Positions 12,536 through 26,373 of a stretch of 64,000 bases of DNA are shown here, piece by piece. The stretch covers positions 100,626,001-100,690,000 of the forward strand of contig OZ024744.1 of the NCBI GenBank assembly GCA_964016885.1. The letters run 5' to 3'. Below the pieces are notes generated by a model. It had not been told where the DNA came from and did not search any database. It was given only the letters and a program-made list of their open reading frames with translations. The stretch's first letter is position 1, and each line of letters starts with the position of its first letter. The stretch comes from Eledone cirrhosa (Eukaryota). A program made the position numbers and the translations under genes.

Positions 12536-13173
12536 AGTTATGCTCCAATGACCAGATAAAAGGAGAGTAAATTATATTATGGAAAAGCTCCAATTTTTGT
12601 TTTCAGAATTATTTGAAAATCATAAGCTGTGTATTTCACTAGAAATATCATATTGAAAGGGTTAAATTTAATTCTGTATTCAGAACCATATTTATTATTT
12701 ATTGGCAGTATCAGTAGAGAGTTGGACGCCATGCTTTCTAGCATAGTTACGTCAAATCCCGCCGAGGTTAATTTTGCCTTTCATCCTTACAGGGTCGATA
12801 AAATAAAGTACCAGTAATGTACTGGGTAATTGCTGGCCTTGTGGCAAAAGTAGAAACAATTATTTAATAAACATTCTATATTAAAGAAAAGCATTGATTT
12901 GCAAGTTTACATCACATTTGAAGTCTAAGTTTCTTACGTGTTATCGTTTTAATATGAAACTAAATAACATTGTATATATGTGTGTGTCAGGTTCATTTGG
13001 GGGTAACCACAATAAGGTACTCATTACATTAGTAGAGTGTATACAACACAATTTAATATAGAAATGGCTTCTACAGGGCTAGAACTGTTTCATTTGAAGA
13101 AAATCATTTCCTACAGTTCTAGCCCTGGAGAAGCCATTTCTATATAATTAATTTTGTTTTATATATATATATA

Positions 13174-14967
13174 TCATCATCATCATCATCATCATCACCG
13201 TTTTACGTCCGTTCTTCCATGCTAGCATGGGTTAGACGGGTTGTCCTGTTGTGGGCAGTGTCTGGTCGGCTGACCATGCCTTGCTCATACAGGAACTGAT
13301 TTTGGCTTGATTTCTACAGCTGGATGCCCTTCCTAACACCAACCTCATTTACAGTGAGTGCTGGATGCTTTTTCCGTGGCGCCTACACGTCCACTTTACA
13401 TTGTGGGCTGGGTGCTTTTTTGCCATGGCGCCTACACGTCCACTTTACAGTGGGAGGGTGTGGGGGCATATTGTTTATATGCTTCAGCTTGTTCCCATGG
13501 GAGGTCGGGTACTCTGTATTACTGCGTGACGCCAGAGGTCACAGTCGTGTGTCATCGCCTTTGAGACGTGTAATTGGGTATGGTCGGCTTTTATCACCTC
13601 ATCCCAGGTCTTCTTGGGTCTCCCCACTCCGCGCTTTCCATTGACTTCTAGTGCTCTGCACCTTTTTATGCAGCTGTCATCCTTCATACACATCACATGT
13701 CCATACCAACGCAACCGCCTCTCCTGCACACAGCATTTGATTTCTCTTATGCTCAGTCTCTCTCTCAATTCATTTATGCTTTGTCGTTCGCATATATTAC
13801 TATTACACATCCATCGGAGCATGCAGGCTTCGTTTCTTTCTAATCTACGTAAGTCTTCCACCTTCAGCGCCCAGGTCTTACTACCATGTAACATTGCTGT
13901 TCGGATACACGCATCATACAGTCTGCCTTTCATTTTGAGGGAGAAGCCTTTTGCAGCTAGCAGTGGCAGTAGTTCCCTGAACTTCTTCCATCCCGTTCTT
14001 ACCCTAGTTATTGTACTTTCTGAACACCCACCTCCGATGCTAATTCGGTCACCTAGATAGCAGAAGCTGTCTACTGTTTCTACACAGCCCTCCCAGAGAT
14101 TGGTGGTACTTGTTTCCTGTGGCTGTTTGCTGCTTGCTGTCCCAGTACAGCTGCTGCATGTGAAGCCTACATTCTTAATTAAGCTTCCTGAGATCCCGCT
14201 ACATCTCTTGTGTACCCATTGTTTGCATTTGGGGCAGAGAATGGAGTTCCTACCTACACCTTTCCTACATATTGAGCAAGGCCATTTCCCTGAGGGGATC
14301 TGGGTTCTGTTTTCTTGTCTACTTACAAGGACCTTAGTCTTTGTCATGTTGACTTTGAGACCCTTTCTTTCTAGTCCCTGCTTCCAAGTTTGGAATTTCT
14401 TCTCTAGTTCTACCATAGATTCAGCTATAAGTGCGAGGTCATCAGCATACAGGAGTTCCCATGGGCATCCGGTCTTAAACTCCTCCGTTATTGCCTGCAG
14501 GACTATGATGAACAGGTGAGGGCTAAGAACAGAGCCCTGGTGGACACCAACCTGTATGCTAAATTCCTCGCTATACTCATTGCTAATCCTAACTTTGCTG
14601 ACTGCTCCCCTACACATGGCTTGTACAGCTTTCACAAGCCATTCATCTACTCCTAGTTTTCTAAGAGCCCACCAGATTACAGCACGTGGAACTCTGTCAA
14701 AGGCTTTCTCAAGATCGACGAATGCCAGGTAGAGTGGCTTACTTTTAGCTAGGTACTTTTCCTGTAACTGCCTCACAAGGAAGAGGGCATCAGTGGTGCC
14801 TCTTCCTGGTACAAACCCAAATTGCATCGCATCTATTTTCACCCGGTCCCTAATCAACTGTGCTATAACTCTTTCTGTTACTTTCATGACCTGGTCCATC
14901 AGCTTTATACCTCTATAGTTTCCTCTTTCATGACCTGGTCCATCAGCTTTATACCTGTATAGTTTCC

Positions 14968-14968
<1 letters not shown>
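13174..14968 (-). mobile_element. RTE LINE family B, 5'-truncated, 471-aa open RT-containing frame
   Basis: ORF 13484-14899 with QFGF, DLEKAFD, GVHQGS, YADD and a Cys finger; about 300-bp 3' UTR; (GAT)n tail. Confidence 0.95.
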
Positions 14969-15009
<41 letters not shown>

Positions 15010-15408
15010 CAATCGTCTTGCAACCATTAAGATTTTAATTTTTTTACATGATTTAAACTGATTTATACAAAATATTTATTCTCTTTATTTTATTTTATTT
15101 TTTTTAGTTCTGTTAAAGTCTAAAATATGGGAACAGAGAATGTATTAGCAGTATCTGTTTCCATATTTTCACCTTTAATTCCAATACTTGTTCCATTTCT
15201 CTACATATATTTGACCATTTTGACAATTCGAATTTCACTTCAAAAGGAGCCTTAGGTGTAAATATTTCACTATTTTATCATTTACCAATCTTAATCATTT
15301 CATTATAATGTCTATATTACTGTTTTTTATAATAGTATCAGATTCTAAAAATAATGTTTAAGGGTTTTCATTTGATCTTACCTAATTGTATTTAACTTTG
15401 AGTGTCCC

Positions 15409-15630
15409 TTATCCCTTTAGCGTTTACATTACTCTATATCTACTCTTGTATTTTAACAGTAAAAGCTTAATCTCACATAATATTGAATCTATCAGATATT
15501 GATGTTGTTATTATTTATTTTGAGAATAATATCTTAATGTTGGTATAAGCGGCCGGTTATGACCGGTTTGAACAGAAAGAGGTGAGATAATTCTGGCTGG
15601 ATACGGCTGGTTTAAATGCTGAAGGGTTAA
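15409..15630. mobile_element. piggyBac-derived MITE family 1
   Basis: ccctttagc...gctgaagggTTAA. Confidence 0.75.
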
Positions 15631-15735
15631 ATTACCACAACCTCCCTCTTTTTCGATTAATTGTTAAAGTGTTTCTAGCTTCATTGAAAGTTTTGTTTGA
15701 TGATTTTATTTTATAATTTTGATTTTATAAAAAGC

Positions 15736-15948
15736 TTAACTCTTTAACATTTACATTACTCTATATATACTGTCGTGTTTTCATGGTAAAGGCTTTATCT
15801 TACATAACATCGAATCTATGAGATTTTCATATTTATTTTGAGAACAATACCTTAACATCAATATGAGTGGCCAGTTACAGCCGGCTTGAACAGAAAGAGG
15901 CAAGAAAGTTCTGGCTGGATATAGCCAGTTTAAATACTAAAAGGTTAA
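15736..15948. mobile_element. piggyBac-derived MITE family 1
   Basis: TTAActcttt...aaaaggTTAA. Confidence 0.75.
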
Positions 15949-16359
15949 AGATGTTTTAACAAAACTTTTTAAAAGTGCATCTTTATAAAAGATGAATGAA
16001 TTTTTGAGAAAACCTATGAGGAAAAACGTTTTAGCTGAGATAATGGTATATTTTGTCAGGCAGTGTATAGATAGATATGATGTTTATTGTTCCTTTTCTT
16101 TTAAGCTATGATTTGGTAGACAATTGACTGCTATTTCTAACAGGTAGTGTAACCATATAGAGGCTACATTGTTGGTTTAAAAAGACATTAAATCTACTAA
16201 TATAAACTTGTTATATATATTGTAAGGCGGAAAATTGGCACAGTCATTAGAACGTCAGATAGAATGCTTTGCAGTATTCGTTTCTGAACTTTGCCTTTCA
16301 TCCATTTGAAGTCAATAAAAAAATTAATAATTATTGTTATACTTGTTGGTTTTCACTTC

Positions 16360-18170
16360 CCCTTTCTACAAACTAGAACTTTAGTCTTAGACAAGTTAAC
16401 TTTAAGGCCTTTTGATTCTAGGCCATGCTTCCATGTTTAGAATTTCTTCTCTAGTTCAGCCATAGATTCAGCTATGAGAGTTAGATCATCTGCATATAGA
16501 AGTTCCCATGGGGAGCCAGTCTTAAACTCTTCTGTTATAGCCTGTAGGGCAATAATGAATAGGAGGGAGCTAAGGACAGAGCCTTGATGAACACCTACTT
16601 TTACCCTAAATTCTTCACCATATACATTAATTCTAACCTTGCTAACTGTTCCTCTGTGCATGGCTTGTATAGCTCTCACAAGCCTTTCATCTACTCCTAA
16701 TTTTCTAAGAGCCCACCAGATTAAGGAACAGGGGACTCTCAAAGGCTTTCTCCAAGTCAACAAAAGCTAAGTAGAGGGGTTTACTTTTAGCTAGGTACTT
16801 CTCCTGTAGTTGCCGTATAAGGAAAAGAGCGTCCGTGGTATTTTTATCTGGCACAGACCCAAACTGCATTTCATCTAGATCAATTCGGTCTCTAATTAGT
16901 TGTGTAATAACTCTTTCTGTGACCTTTATGACCTGGTCAACTAACTTAATGCCTCTATAGTTTTCTCTATCTAGAGCATCTCCTTTGCCCTTGTAGCAGT
17001 TAACGATGATGCTGCTATGCCAGTCATTTGGTATGACTCTATTCTATATTACTTGGTTTACTATCCTTGTAACCATTCCAGATGCTTTCAACATTCCAGA
17101 TGCAACTATCCCCGAAGGTCCAGCCGCCTTGCTTGTCTTTATATCTTTGATTGCCTTACTTATTATACTACCATTAACTTACACAGCTGGTCCCTCCATT
17201 TTATCGATTTGGGGCAGACTTTGTCCCATTCATTCTCCTCATTGAGTAGTCTCTCATAGTGACACTTCCAAGTTACCTTCTTATCAGTGAGGGCAAATAC
17301 ACCATCATCATTACGGACACACTTCTCCCTGACAATATCACGGTTTTCCTTGACACATTGTCTTGCAATCCAGAACACCTCATGTTTTTGGTCCTCGCGT
17401 TGTAGAATACGCTTGAACTTTCTATGCTCTGCTTCCCTTCTGGCAAAGTACACTTGTTGCCTAGCTTCTCTCTTAGCCACCTGATAGTGTTCTCTACCTC
17501 CCATATCCTGCCATTCTTTCCAAGCCTGCTTTTTGGCCTTGATTATCTCCTCCACCTTACTGTTCTACCACCAAGTCACTCTCCTTTTCCCTAGAGACCT
17601 ACTCCAACCACAGATTTCATTTGTTGCCTTCAGCAGGTTAACTTTCAGGGATTCCCACTGTTCCTCTATATTGTACGGTTATGCTGGGAGGTGCATTCTT
17701 CACGAGGGAGGGACTTAGTGTTTACAACAGACACTCTGGCATGTCTTCTAGTAAGGGTAAAATCTATCTAGCTAGTGTGCTCCCCTGATCTGTAGGTGAT
17801 CAAGTGATTGTCTCGTTTTTTGAGGTTTGTGTTACAGATAGTTAGGTTATTAGCATCACAGAATCCCATCATAGCCATCACAATGTTGTCCAACATGACC
17901 ATTAAGGTTGCCAGCAATATTTATGTAGTCACCACCACTTATTTTGGAAGTAGTGAGCATTAGCAACTCATAGAACCTGCCTTTTATAATGTCAAGTAGA
18001 CCAGATTAGGGTGCATAAGCAGATATTATTGTCACAGGTGTTCTATTTAGAACCAGTCTTAATTTAATTATTCTGTCGTTCACTCTATTTACGGCAATTA
18101 CCTTATCTAACCATTTTTCTGCAAACAAAATTCCTACTCCACCCAGCCTGTTATCATTTCCCATCTAGAT
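16360..18170 (-). mobile_element. Degenerate RTE LINE (family C-like) internal fragment
   Basis: Endonuclease and RT remnants including GVHQGSVLS and LLYADD, with deletions and frameshifts. Confidence 0.9.
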
Positions 18171-18695
18171 GTATATATATGTGTGTATATATATATATAT
18201 AGTGTGTGTGTGTATATAAATATATATATATATATATACACACACATATATATTGGAAAATGTGTGAGATCCTTGGTACAGTTAGGTATATTTGAAAAAA
18301 AGGAAAAGAATGACTTCACTTGTAGTGTTAAAAAATGTTTGATTTAATTTTATAATATTATAATATTATGAGTTGGTAGATCTAGTAAGTTCTTTATCAA
18401 CTTCAAAGTTAACAAAGAACTTACTAGATATACCAACTCATAATATTATGAAATTAAATCAAACATTTTTTAACGCAAGTGAAGTCATTCTTTTCTTTTT
18501 TTTCAAATATATAATATATATGTCCCACCCTTGCAAGCAGGGAAAAGTGGATGTAAAATGAGATATATATATATATATATATATGTTTATATATGTTTAT
18601 ATATATATGTTTATATATATATGTTTATATATATATATGTTTATATATATATATGTTTATATATATATGTTTATATATATGTTTATATGTGTATG

Positions 18696-19602
18696 CGAGG
18701 TGTGTCAGAAAAGTTTCAGGACTGATGTCACAAAAGATTTATTTCAAACCCAAACTTCACACTAAGAGTTTTCTCCTTCAAAGTAATCCCTCTTGAGTCT
18801 AATGCACTTTCCCATCCTTTTCTGCTACGCTTGCATGCACACCTGGAAGGATTCTTCCGGGATCCTCCACAGTTCCGTCGTCACGGCCTTTTTGATGTCG
18901 TCCACGTCTTAAAACGGGTCCCCTCCGGGTCGTACTTGAAGATCCATGACTCATCACCGGTGATGACTGTCCCTAGCAAGTCTGGTTCGGTTTCAAGACG
19001 CTCGAGGATGTCCTGGCACACTTGCATGCGTCGACCCTTCTGGTCATCGTTCAGCAGTTTTGGCACCATCTTCGCGCAGACTTTCCGCATATCCAAATCT
19101 TCAGTTAGAATCTTCCAGACGCTGTCCCAATTCATGCCCAGCTCATTTGCCATCAGTCAGACAGTCAGCTGACGATCGCTACGCACCATCTGCCTGACGC
19201 GCTCAACGTTGACCTCAGTCTTGGTTGTTGAGGGCCTTCCGCTCCTGGGGTCATCTTCCATGTCCTCGCATCCTTCTTTAAACCACTCAAAAACACGTGA
19301 GCATGACATTGTCTCATCTCCATACACTTGCTGCAGCAATCCCAGTGCTTCTGATGGAGTTTTCCCCAACTGTACCAGAAACTTCAAGTTTGTTCGTTGC
19401 CCTGTGCTCATTGCTTGACGACCTGAAACAGAGGACATGTATATAAAATTATGAAGAAAAAAGTTTGATCGCTGCAGAGAGCTAAGATTACAGTTACATA
19501 CTCCAGGGGGAGTACTTTGAAGGAGAAAACTCTTAGTGTGAAGTTTGGGTTTGAAATAAATCTTTTGTGACATCAGTCCTGGAACTTTTCTGACACATCT
19601 CG
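18696..19602 (-). mobile_element. Internally deleted mariner transposon with about 90-100-bp inverted ends
   Basis: Ends cgaggtgtgtcagaaaagtt.. / ..aacttttctgacacatctcg followed by TA; HTH region (DDPRSGRP), KMVPKLL and ITGDESWIFKYDPE joined directly to the C-terminal segment. Confidence 0.92.
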
Positions 19603-19862
19603 TATATATATGTTTTACTGTGAGATTGCATGTTTGGCAAGTATCTTCAGTGTGGTTAAATGTATTGAATAAGAAAATAAAGTTAGTTACATATTTATCT
19701 TATATCATTTGCAATACATAAATTTGATCATAAATACTTCAATTTGTATATTATTGAGTCTCGTGCTAGTCTTTGAAAATTTTGTGACAATATAATAATT
19801 CTAATTGATTTGAAGGCCCAAACAATGTATATGTAATAAAGAATTAAATGAAGTATTTTCGT

Positions 19863-20062
19863 TTAACTCTTTAGCATTTACTATCATATTTTCATGGTAA
19901 ATACTTTATCTCACATAATATCAAATCTATGCGATTTTGATACTATTTATTTTGAGAACAATACCTTAACATCAATATGAGTGGCTGGTTACAGCCGGTT
20001 TGAACAGAAAGAAGTGAGAGAATTCTGCATGGATTCGGCTGGTTTAAATGCTAAAGGTATAA
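19863..20062. mobile_element. piggyBac-derived MITE family 1
   Basis: TTAActctttagcattta...taaatgctaaagg. Confidence 0.72.
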
Positions 20063-20569
20063 AATACTCATATCAGTGAATATGAGACCTGTTTTGTTTT
20101 ATCTGTTGAAGTTTGAGAAAGTATAAATTTCTAGCAGCTTTGAGGACCACCTCAACTAAAGCTTGAGATTTAAAAAAAATTTTGAATGTTAACCAACCCT
20201 AAAAAGTTCCCAGTGTGAAGAAACAAAACATTTCTTGTATTCACACTTTGCAGCGGGAAAAGAAAATATAGCCTAGAATCTACAATTTCTTCCTTGAACT
20301 TCTAACAGCTTTGAAGATGACTTCAGCTAAAGTTTATGCTTTTACAAACTTCAACCAATAACATAAAACAGATCTTATAGTCACTGATGAGGCTTTTAGA
20401 CTGAAGAATTTATGAATAAATCACTTGAATTCAGAGTTGAAATTTACCAATATTCCTTTTAGATGCAACAAAAATTATACAATAGGAATTTTTAAAGTAT
20501 TATGGACCAGTATGAATTGTAACTATGTTATGGAGATGTGCTGTAATAATGATGTAGTTATGGTGTGGG

Positions 20570-21050
20570 GATTTGTAGTATAACAGGTGTGACTGTGGTG
20601 TGACAACGTCATGTGAGTGCGTATTGTGATTGTGGGGTGATCATGTCATCTTTCTGTGTAACTGCGGTGTGTGACTGTGGTATAAAAGGTGTGACTGTAT
20701 CGTGGCCATGTGATCATTGTGTGTAACTGTCGTGTGTGCAATGTGATTGTTTTGTGTGGCTGTGCGGTGTGCAATGTGACCATTGGGCATGACTTACGTG
20801 CAATGTGGCCGTGTGGTGTGGCTGTGGTGATGTGACTGATGTGTGCGATGTGGTGGTGTGACTGTTGTGCGATGTGGTGGTGTGACTGTTGTGCGATGTG
20901 GTGGTGGTGGTGTGACAGCGTTGTGTGTAATGTGGGGATTTGGTATCACTGTTATGTGCAAGCTGGTGGCGCGACCGAGTTGTGTACGATCTGGTTGTGC
21001 GACCGAGTTGTATACAATGACGTTGTGGACATAGGGAGATGTGGTAGCAG
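20570..21050. repeat. TG/GTG-rich low-complexity degenerate repeat
   Basis: gtgtgcgatgtggtggtgtgactgtt units and similar. Confidence 0.7.
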
Positions 21051-21334
21051 TAATGTAGCTTTATCATTAAAAAAAATGAACTATAATATAGACTATAGAC
21101 TATTACTTCCTAATCGTGTAATAGCATATCTAAATTTTTTTTTTATTTTCCCATGCTATCAATACAAGGTAATACTAATTTTGGATTTGGAGGCTCAGGA
21201 TTTGGTAGGTATTGTTGAGTAATCTATGTTGTATTCTCAGTTTTGTCAAATGGTACATTTTTATATTGCTTTTGTTTATTAGAATTTAGATATTACAGAT
21301 AATTTTTTATGTATGTAGTTTCTATATAAAGAAG

Positions 21335-22713
21335 CAATATATATGTATATATATGTATGTGTATATGTATATATATATGTGTGTGTGTATATATATATAT
21401 ATATTTATTTTATTAGGAAAATAAGAAAAAAAAGTAGATCCTATTAGCATTTCCTACATTTTTTTCTTATTTTCCTAATACATATCAACTTGCGTGTCAC
21501 TTCTCAACATTATATATATGTATGTGTGTATGTGTGTGTATATATATATATATACATATGTGTGTGTGTGTATATATATATATATACATACGTGTGTGTA
21601 TATATATACATACATACATGTGTGTGTGTGTATACACACACACATGTATGTATATATATACACACACATATATATATATATATACACACAAACACATTAT
21701 ATAGCTGTATGTGTATATATATATATATATATAATGTATGTGTATGTATATATATATGTATGTATGTATATGTATATATATATTATGTATATATATATAT
21801 AATGTATATATATATATAATGTATATATATATATAATGTATATATATATGTATATATATATATATATATAATGTATGTATATATATATATAATGTATATA
21901 TATATATATAATGTATGTGTATGTATATATATATATATATAATGTATATGTATGTATATATATATATAATGTATGTGTATGTATATATATATATATATAA
22001 TGTATATGTATGTATATATATATATAATGTATATGTATGTATATATATATATAATGTATGTGTATGTATATATATATATATATAATGTATATGTATGTAT
22101 ATATATATATAATGTATGTGTATGTATATATATATATAATGTATGTGTATGTATATATATATATAATGTATATGTATGTATATATATATATATAATGTAT
22201 GTGTATGTATATATATATATAATGTATGTGTATGTATATATATATATATAATGTATGTGTATGTATATATATATATATAATGTATGTATATATATATATA
22301 TAATGTATGTGTATGTATATATATATATAATGTATGTGTATGTATATATATATATATAATGTATGTGTATGTATATATATATATAATGTATGTGTATGTA
22401 TGTATATATATATAATGTATGTGTATGTATGTATATATATATATATATATATAATGTATGTGTATGTATGTATATATAATGTATGTGTATGTATGTATAT
22501 ATATATAATGTATGTGTATGTATGTATATATATATAATGTATGTGTATGTATGTATATATATATATATATATATAATGTATGTGTATGTATGTATATATA
22601 ATGTATGTGTATGTATGTATATATATATAATGTATGTGTATGTATGTATATATATATAATGTATGTGTATGTATGTATATATATATAATGTATGTGTATG
22701 TATATATATATAT
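21335..22713. repeat. Compound (TA)n/(TATG)n microsatellite with a higher-order ataatgtatgtgtatgt(at)n unit
   Basis: Direct inspection; it is the source of the spurious YIYI ORFs. Confidence 0.95.
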
Positions 22714-22822
22714 TGAGGTTTTATAAAACCTCAAGAATTCAAGATTCATTATCATTTTCTGCAATATAGAAAAAAATAATGAAAGCTGATTACATTGAAC
22801 AGTACTTACAATTGTGTGAAAT

Positions 22823-24028
22823 TTAACTCTTAACATCCTGTTATGATTTAGCAGAAAGTACCTAAAATAAAAAAACAGGTTTGTTAATTCAAATGTTTAT
22901 AGTATCTTTATTGGTAGATAAATTGTTGTGAAAGTTTGCTATATTAGATTAAATTAATGTGATGCAGTCATAGTGTTGTTTTGTACTTTTCAACAATGTC
23001 TTGTTAATGTGGTTTCATGTGGTACAGGATGTTAAGAGTTAATGTGATACAGTCATAGTGTTGTTTTGTACTTTTCAACAATATCTTGTTAATGCGGTTT
23101 CCTGTGGTACAGGATGTTAAGAGTTAATGTGATACAGTCATAGTACTGTTTTGTACTTTTCAACAATGTCTTATTAATGTGGTTTCATGTGGTGCAGGAT
23201 GTTAACAGTTAATGTGATACAGTCATAGTACTGTTTTGTACTTTTCAAGAATGTCTTGTTAATGTGGTTTCATGTGGTACAGGATGTTAAGAGTTAATGT
23301 GATACAGTCATAGTACTGTTTTGTACTTTTCAAGTATGTCTTAATGTGGTTTCATGTGGTACAGGATGTTAAGAGTTAATGTGATACAGTCATAGTACTG
23401 TTTTGTACTTTTCAAGTATGTCTTAATGTGGTTTCATGTGGTACAGGATGTTAAGAGTTAATGTGATACAGTCATAGTACTGTTTTGTACTTTTCAAGTA
23501 TGTCTTAATGTGGTTTCATGTGGTACAGGATGTTAAGAGTTAATGTGATACAGTCATAGTACTGTTTTGTACTTTTCAAGTATGTCTTAATGTGGTTTCA
23601 TGTGGTACAGGATGTTAAGAGTTAATGTGATACAGTCATAGTACTGTTTTGTACTTTTCAACAATGTCTTGTTAATGTGGTTTCATGTGGTACAGGATGT
23701 TAAGTGTTAATGTGATACAGTCATAGTACTGTTTTGTACTTTTCAACAATGTCTTATTAATGTGGTTTCATGTGGTACAGGATGTTAAGTGTTAATGTGA
23801 TACAGTCATAGTACTGTTTTGTACTTTTCAAGTATGTCTTAATGTGGTTTCATGTGGTACAGGATGTTAAGAGTTAATGTGATACAGTCATAGTACTGTT
23901 TTGTACTTTTCAAGAATGTCTTGTTAATGTGGTTTCATGTGGTACAGGATGTTAAGTGTTAATGTGATACAGTCATAGTACTGTTTTGTACTTTTCAAGT
24001 ATGTCTTAATGTGGTTTCATGTGGTACA
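22823..24028. repeat. TTAA MITE family 3 whose right end is amplified as about 13 x 82-85-bp tandem units
   Basis: TIR TTAActcttaacatcctgt / acaggatgttaagagTTAA (22823-23042); unit gttaatgtgatacagtcatag...ggtacaggatgttaaga. Confidence 0.88.
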
Positions 24029-24039
24029 TGACATTATAG

Positions 24040-24426
24040 TTAACTCTTAACATCCTGTAATGATTTCACAGAAAAATCTATTGACAGACAAATTGTTGTA
24101 AAAATTTACAGTAAAGTAAACTAACCCTTTAGCATTTAAACCGGCCGTATCCGGCCAGAAATCTCTCGCCTTTTTCTGTTCAAACTGGCTGTAACCAGCT
24201 GCTCATACTGATGTTAAGGTATTGTTCTAAAAAAAAATTTATCAAAATCTCATAGATTCGATATTATGTGAGATAAAGTGTTTACAGTGAAAATACAATA
24301 GTAAATATAGAGTAATGTAAATGCTAAAGGGTTAAAGACTTCAATTTGTAATGTGATGTAGTCATAGTGGTGTTTTGAACTTTTTAAGAAAGTGTTACTA
24401 ATGTGGTACAGGATTTTAACAGTTAA
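24040..24426. mobile_element. TTAA MITE family 3 with nested family 1 MITE (24121-24335)
   Basis: Outer ends TTAActcttaacatcctgta / tacaggattttaacagTTAA; inner ends taaccctttagcattta / taaatgctaaagggTTAA. Confidence 0.8.
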
Positions 24427-24884
24427 TGCAGTCAGTTTCTTAATTATCTTAAAATTAATATTTTGAATTTTGTCCCTCTTGTTGAAACTTAGTTACTTTT
24501 CAGAAAAAGCCAATATATTTATTGGAGATGCATATATAGTCTTTAATTAAATTGTATAGATTTAACAAAATGTATATAGATTTTATCTCTAGATATGAAA
24601 TCCTTTTTCTTATCAAAGACCACATTCTTTTTGGTAGTGGTAGCATATTATTCAACGTGTGATAACAAAACCATTTCTCTACCTCATAACGGTGCCTCTA
24701 CTCTATATTTTTTACTTGAAGTCTCACTGGTATCGATTTATCTTTCATATCGTCATTTTATGTCCATTTTCTTATCCTGATATGGGTTGGACAGGTTATT
24801 GCAGTCCTTGCTCGTACATTCCAAATCTGGCATATTTTTCTACAGTTTCTACAGCTGGGTGCACTTCTTAATACCATAATACCG

Positions 24885-25668
24885 GCCACTTTACTGAGTA
24901 TACTGGATGTATATTATGACACTAATACTATCACTTTACAGAGTATACTGGGTGTGTTTTATGACACCAACACTACCACTTTACAGAGTATACTGGTGTA
25001 TTTTATCATGACACCAACACTACCACTTTACAGAGTATACTGGTGTATTTTATCATGACACCAACACTACCATTTTACAGAGTATACTGGTGTATTTTAT
25101 CATGACACCAACACTACAACTTTACAGAGTATACTGGTGTATTTTATCATGACACCAACACTACAACTTTACAGAGTATACTGGGTGTGTTTTATCATGA
25201 CACCAACACTACCACTTTACAGAGTATACTGGGTGTATTTTATCATGACACCAACACTACAACTTTACAGAGTATACTGGTGTATTTTATCATGACACCA
25301 ACACTACCACTTTACAGAGTATACTGGTGTATTTTATCATGACACCAACACTACAACTTTACAGAGTATACTGGTGTATTTTATCATGACACCAACACTA
25401 CAACTTTACAGAGTATACTGGTGTATTTTATCATGACACCAACACTACCACTTTACAGAGTATACTGGTGTATTTTATCATGACACCAACACTACAACTT
25501 TACAGAGTATACTGGTGTATTTTATCATGACACCAACACTACCAGTTTACAGAGTATACTGGGTGTATTTTATCATGACACCAACACTACCACTTTACAG
25601 AGTGTACTGGGTGTGTTTTATCATGACACCAATACTACCACTTTACAGAGTGTACTGGGTGTGTTTTA
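24885..25668. repeat. 47-48-bp minisatellite (about 17 units) grown from an RTE/SINE 3' segment
   Basis: Unit acaccaacactaccactttacagagtatactggtgtattttatcatg, contiguous with a decayed RTE-type tail at about 24745-24885. Confidence 0.9.
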
Positions 25669-26114
25669 TTGCCAATACTGGTCAGCTTTGTCGACTCCAC
25701 CCGTATATTTGTTGTAGGAAATATTTACTTAGGATTTACCTTTAATCCCAGCACCTGGTTGTTGATTTGAAGACAGGAATAAAATCTGTCATTTGTTCTT
25801 TTATGATGTAGCTAGTATATTTTTTTTTTGTACCTGGGGAATGTCCCCTCTTTTTAATTTTGTAATTTTATTTCTTGGGGTAGCCCTTTGCAATAACCTA
25901 ATATTGTACTACAAGTTTACATGTTTTACGAGGGCAAAAAGCTCTGCCAGATGCATTGAAAAAAAAACAAAAAACAGTTGAAATATACATGTTTATGTTG
26001 AATGGAAGAATTCAGAGACCACACATCATATCCCAATCCATTCTGCCTCTCCCTCTTACATTTTTGTTCCTGTATAAATATCATTTGCTCAGTAGCCTGT
26101 GTCCAATTCACAGA

Positions 26115-26373
26115 GCTCCCACACCTTGGGTTAAGTTGACATATATGTACCCTCCACTACATCCAGAGTTGACATTGCACTCAGTGCTCCTTTGGGAGCC
26201 TCTACATGGACACACTAGAAGAGGAAGACCAATGTTAACGTATGTTGATGCCCTAAGGACAGACACTGGTCTGTTGGAGATGCAGGACATGGCAGCGATA
26301 ATGAGGGACAGAGACCGCTGGAGAGAACTCGTCCATGGATCTCGGGAATTTTACTCACCTTAGATAGATAGAT
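26115..26373 (+). mobile_element. RTE-like LINE family D 3' end with (TAGA)n tail
   Basis: HPELTLHSVLLWEPLHGHTRRGRPMLTYVDALRTDTG; same family as 53290-54140. Confidence 0.75.

Noticed and set aside
13089-13112. Loop of hairpin 13056-13145 as a hammerhead
   Set aside because: GAAAC is present on the minus strand but there is no recognisable CUGANGA; kept only as an inverted repeat.
21475-22836. Long YIYI/HT-rich ORFs (up to 379 aa), also near 18531-18796 and 62460-63184
   Set aside because: Translations of (TA)n/(TATG)n microsatellites with no coding signal.
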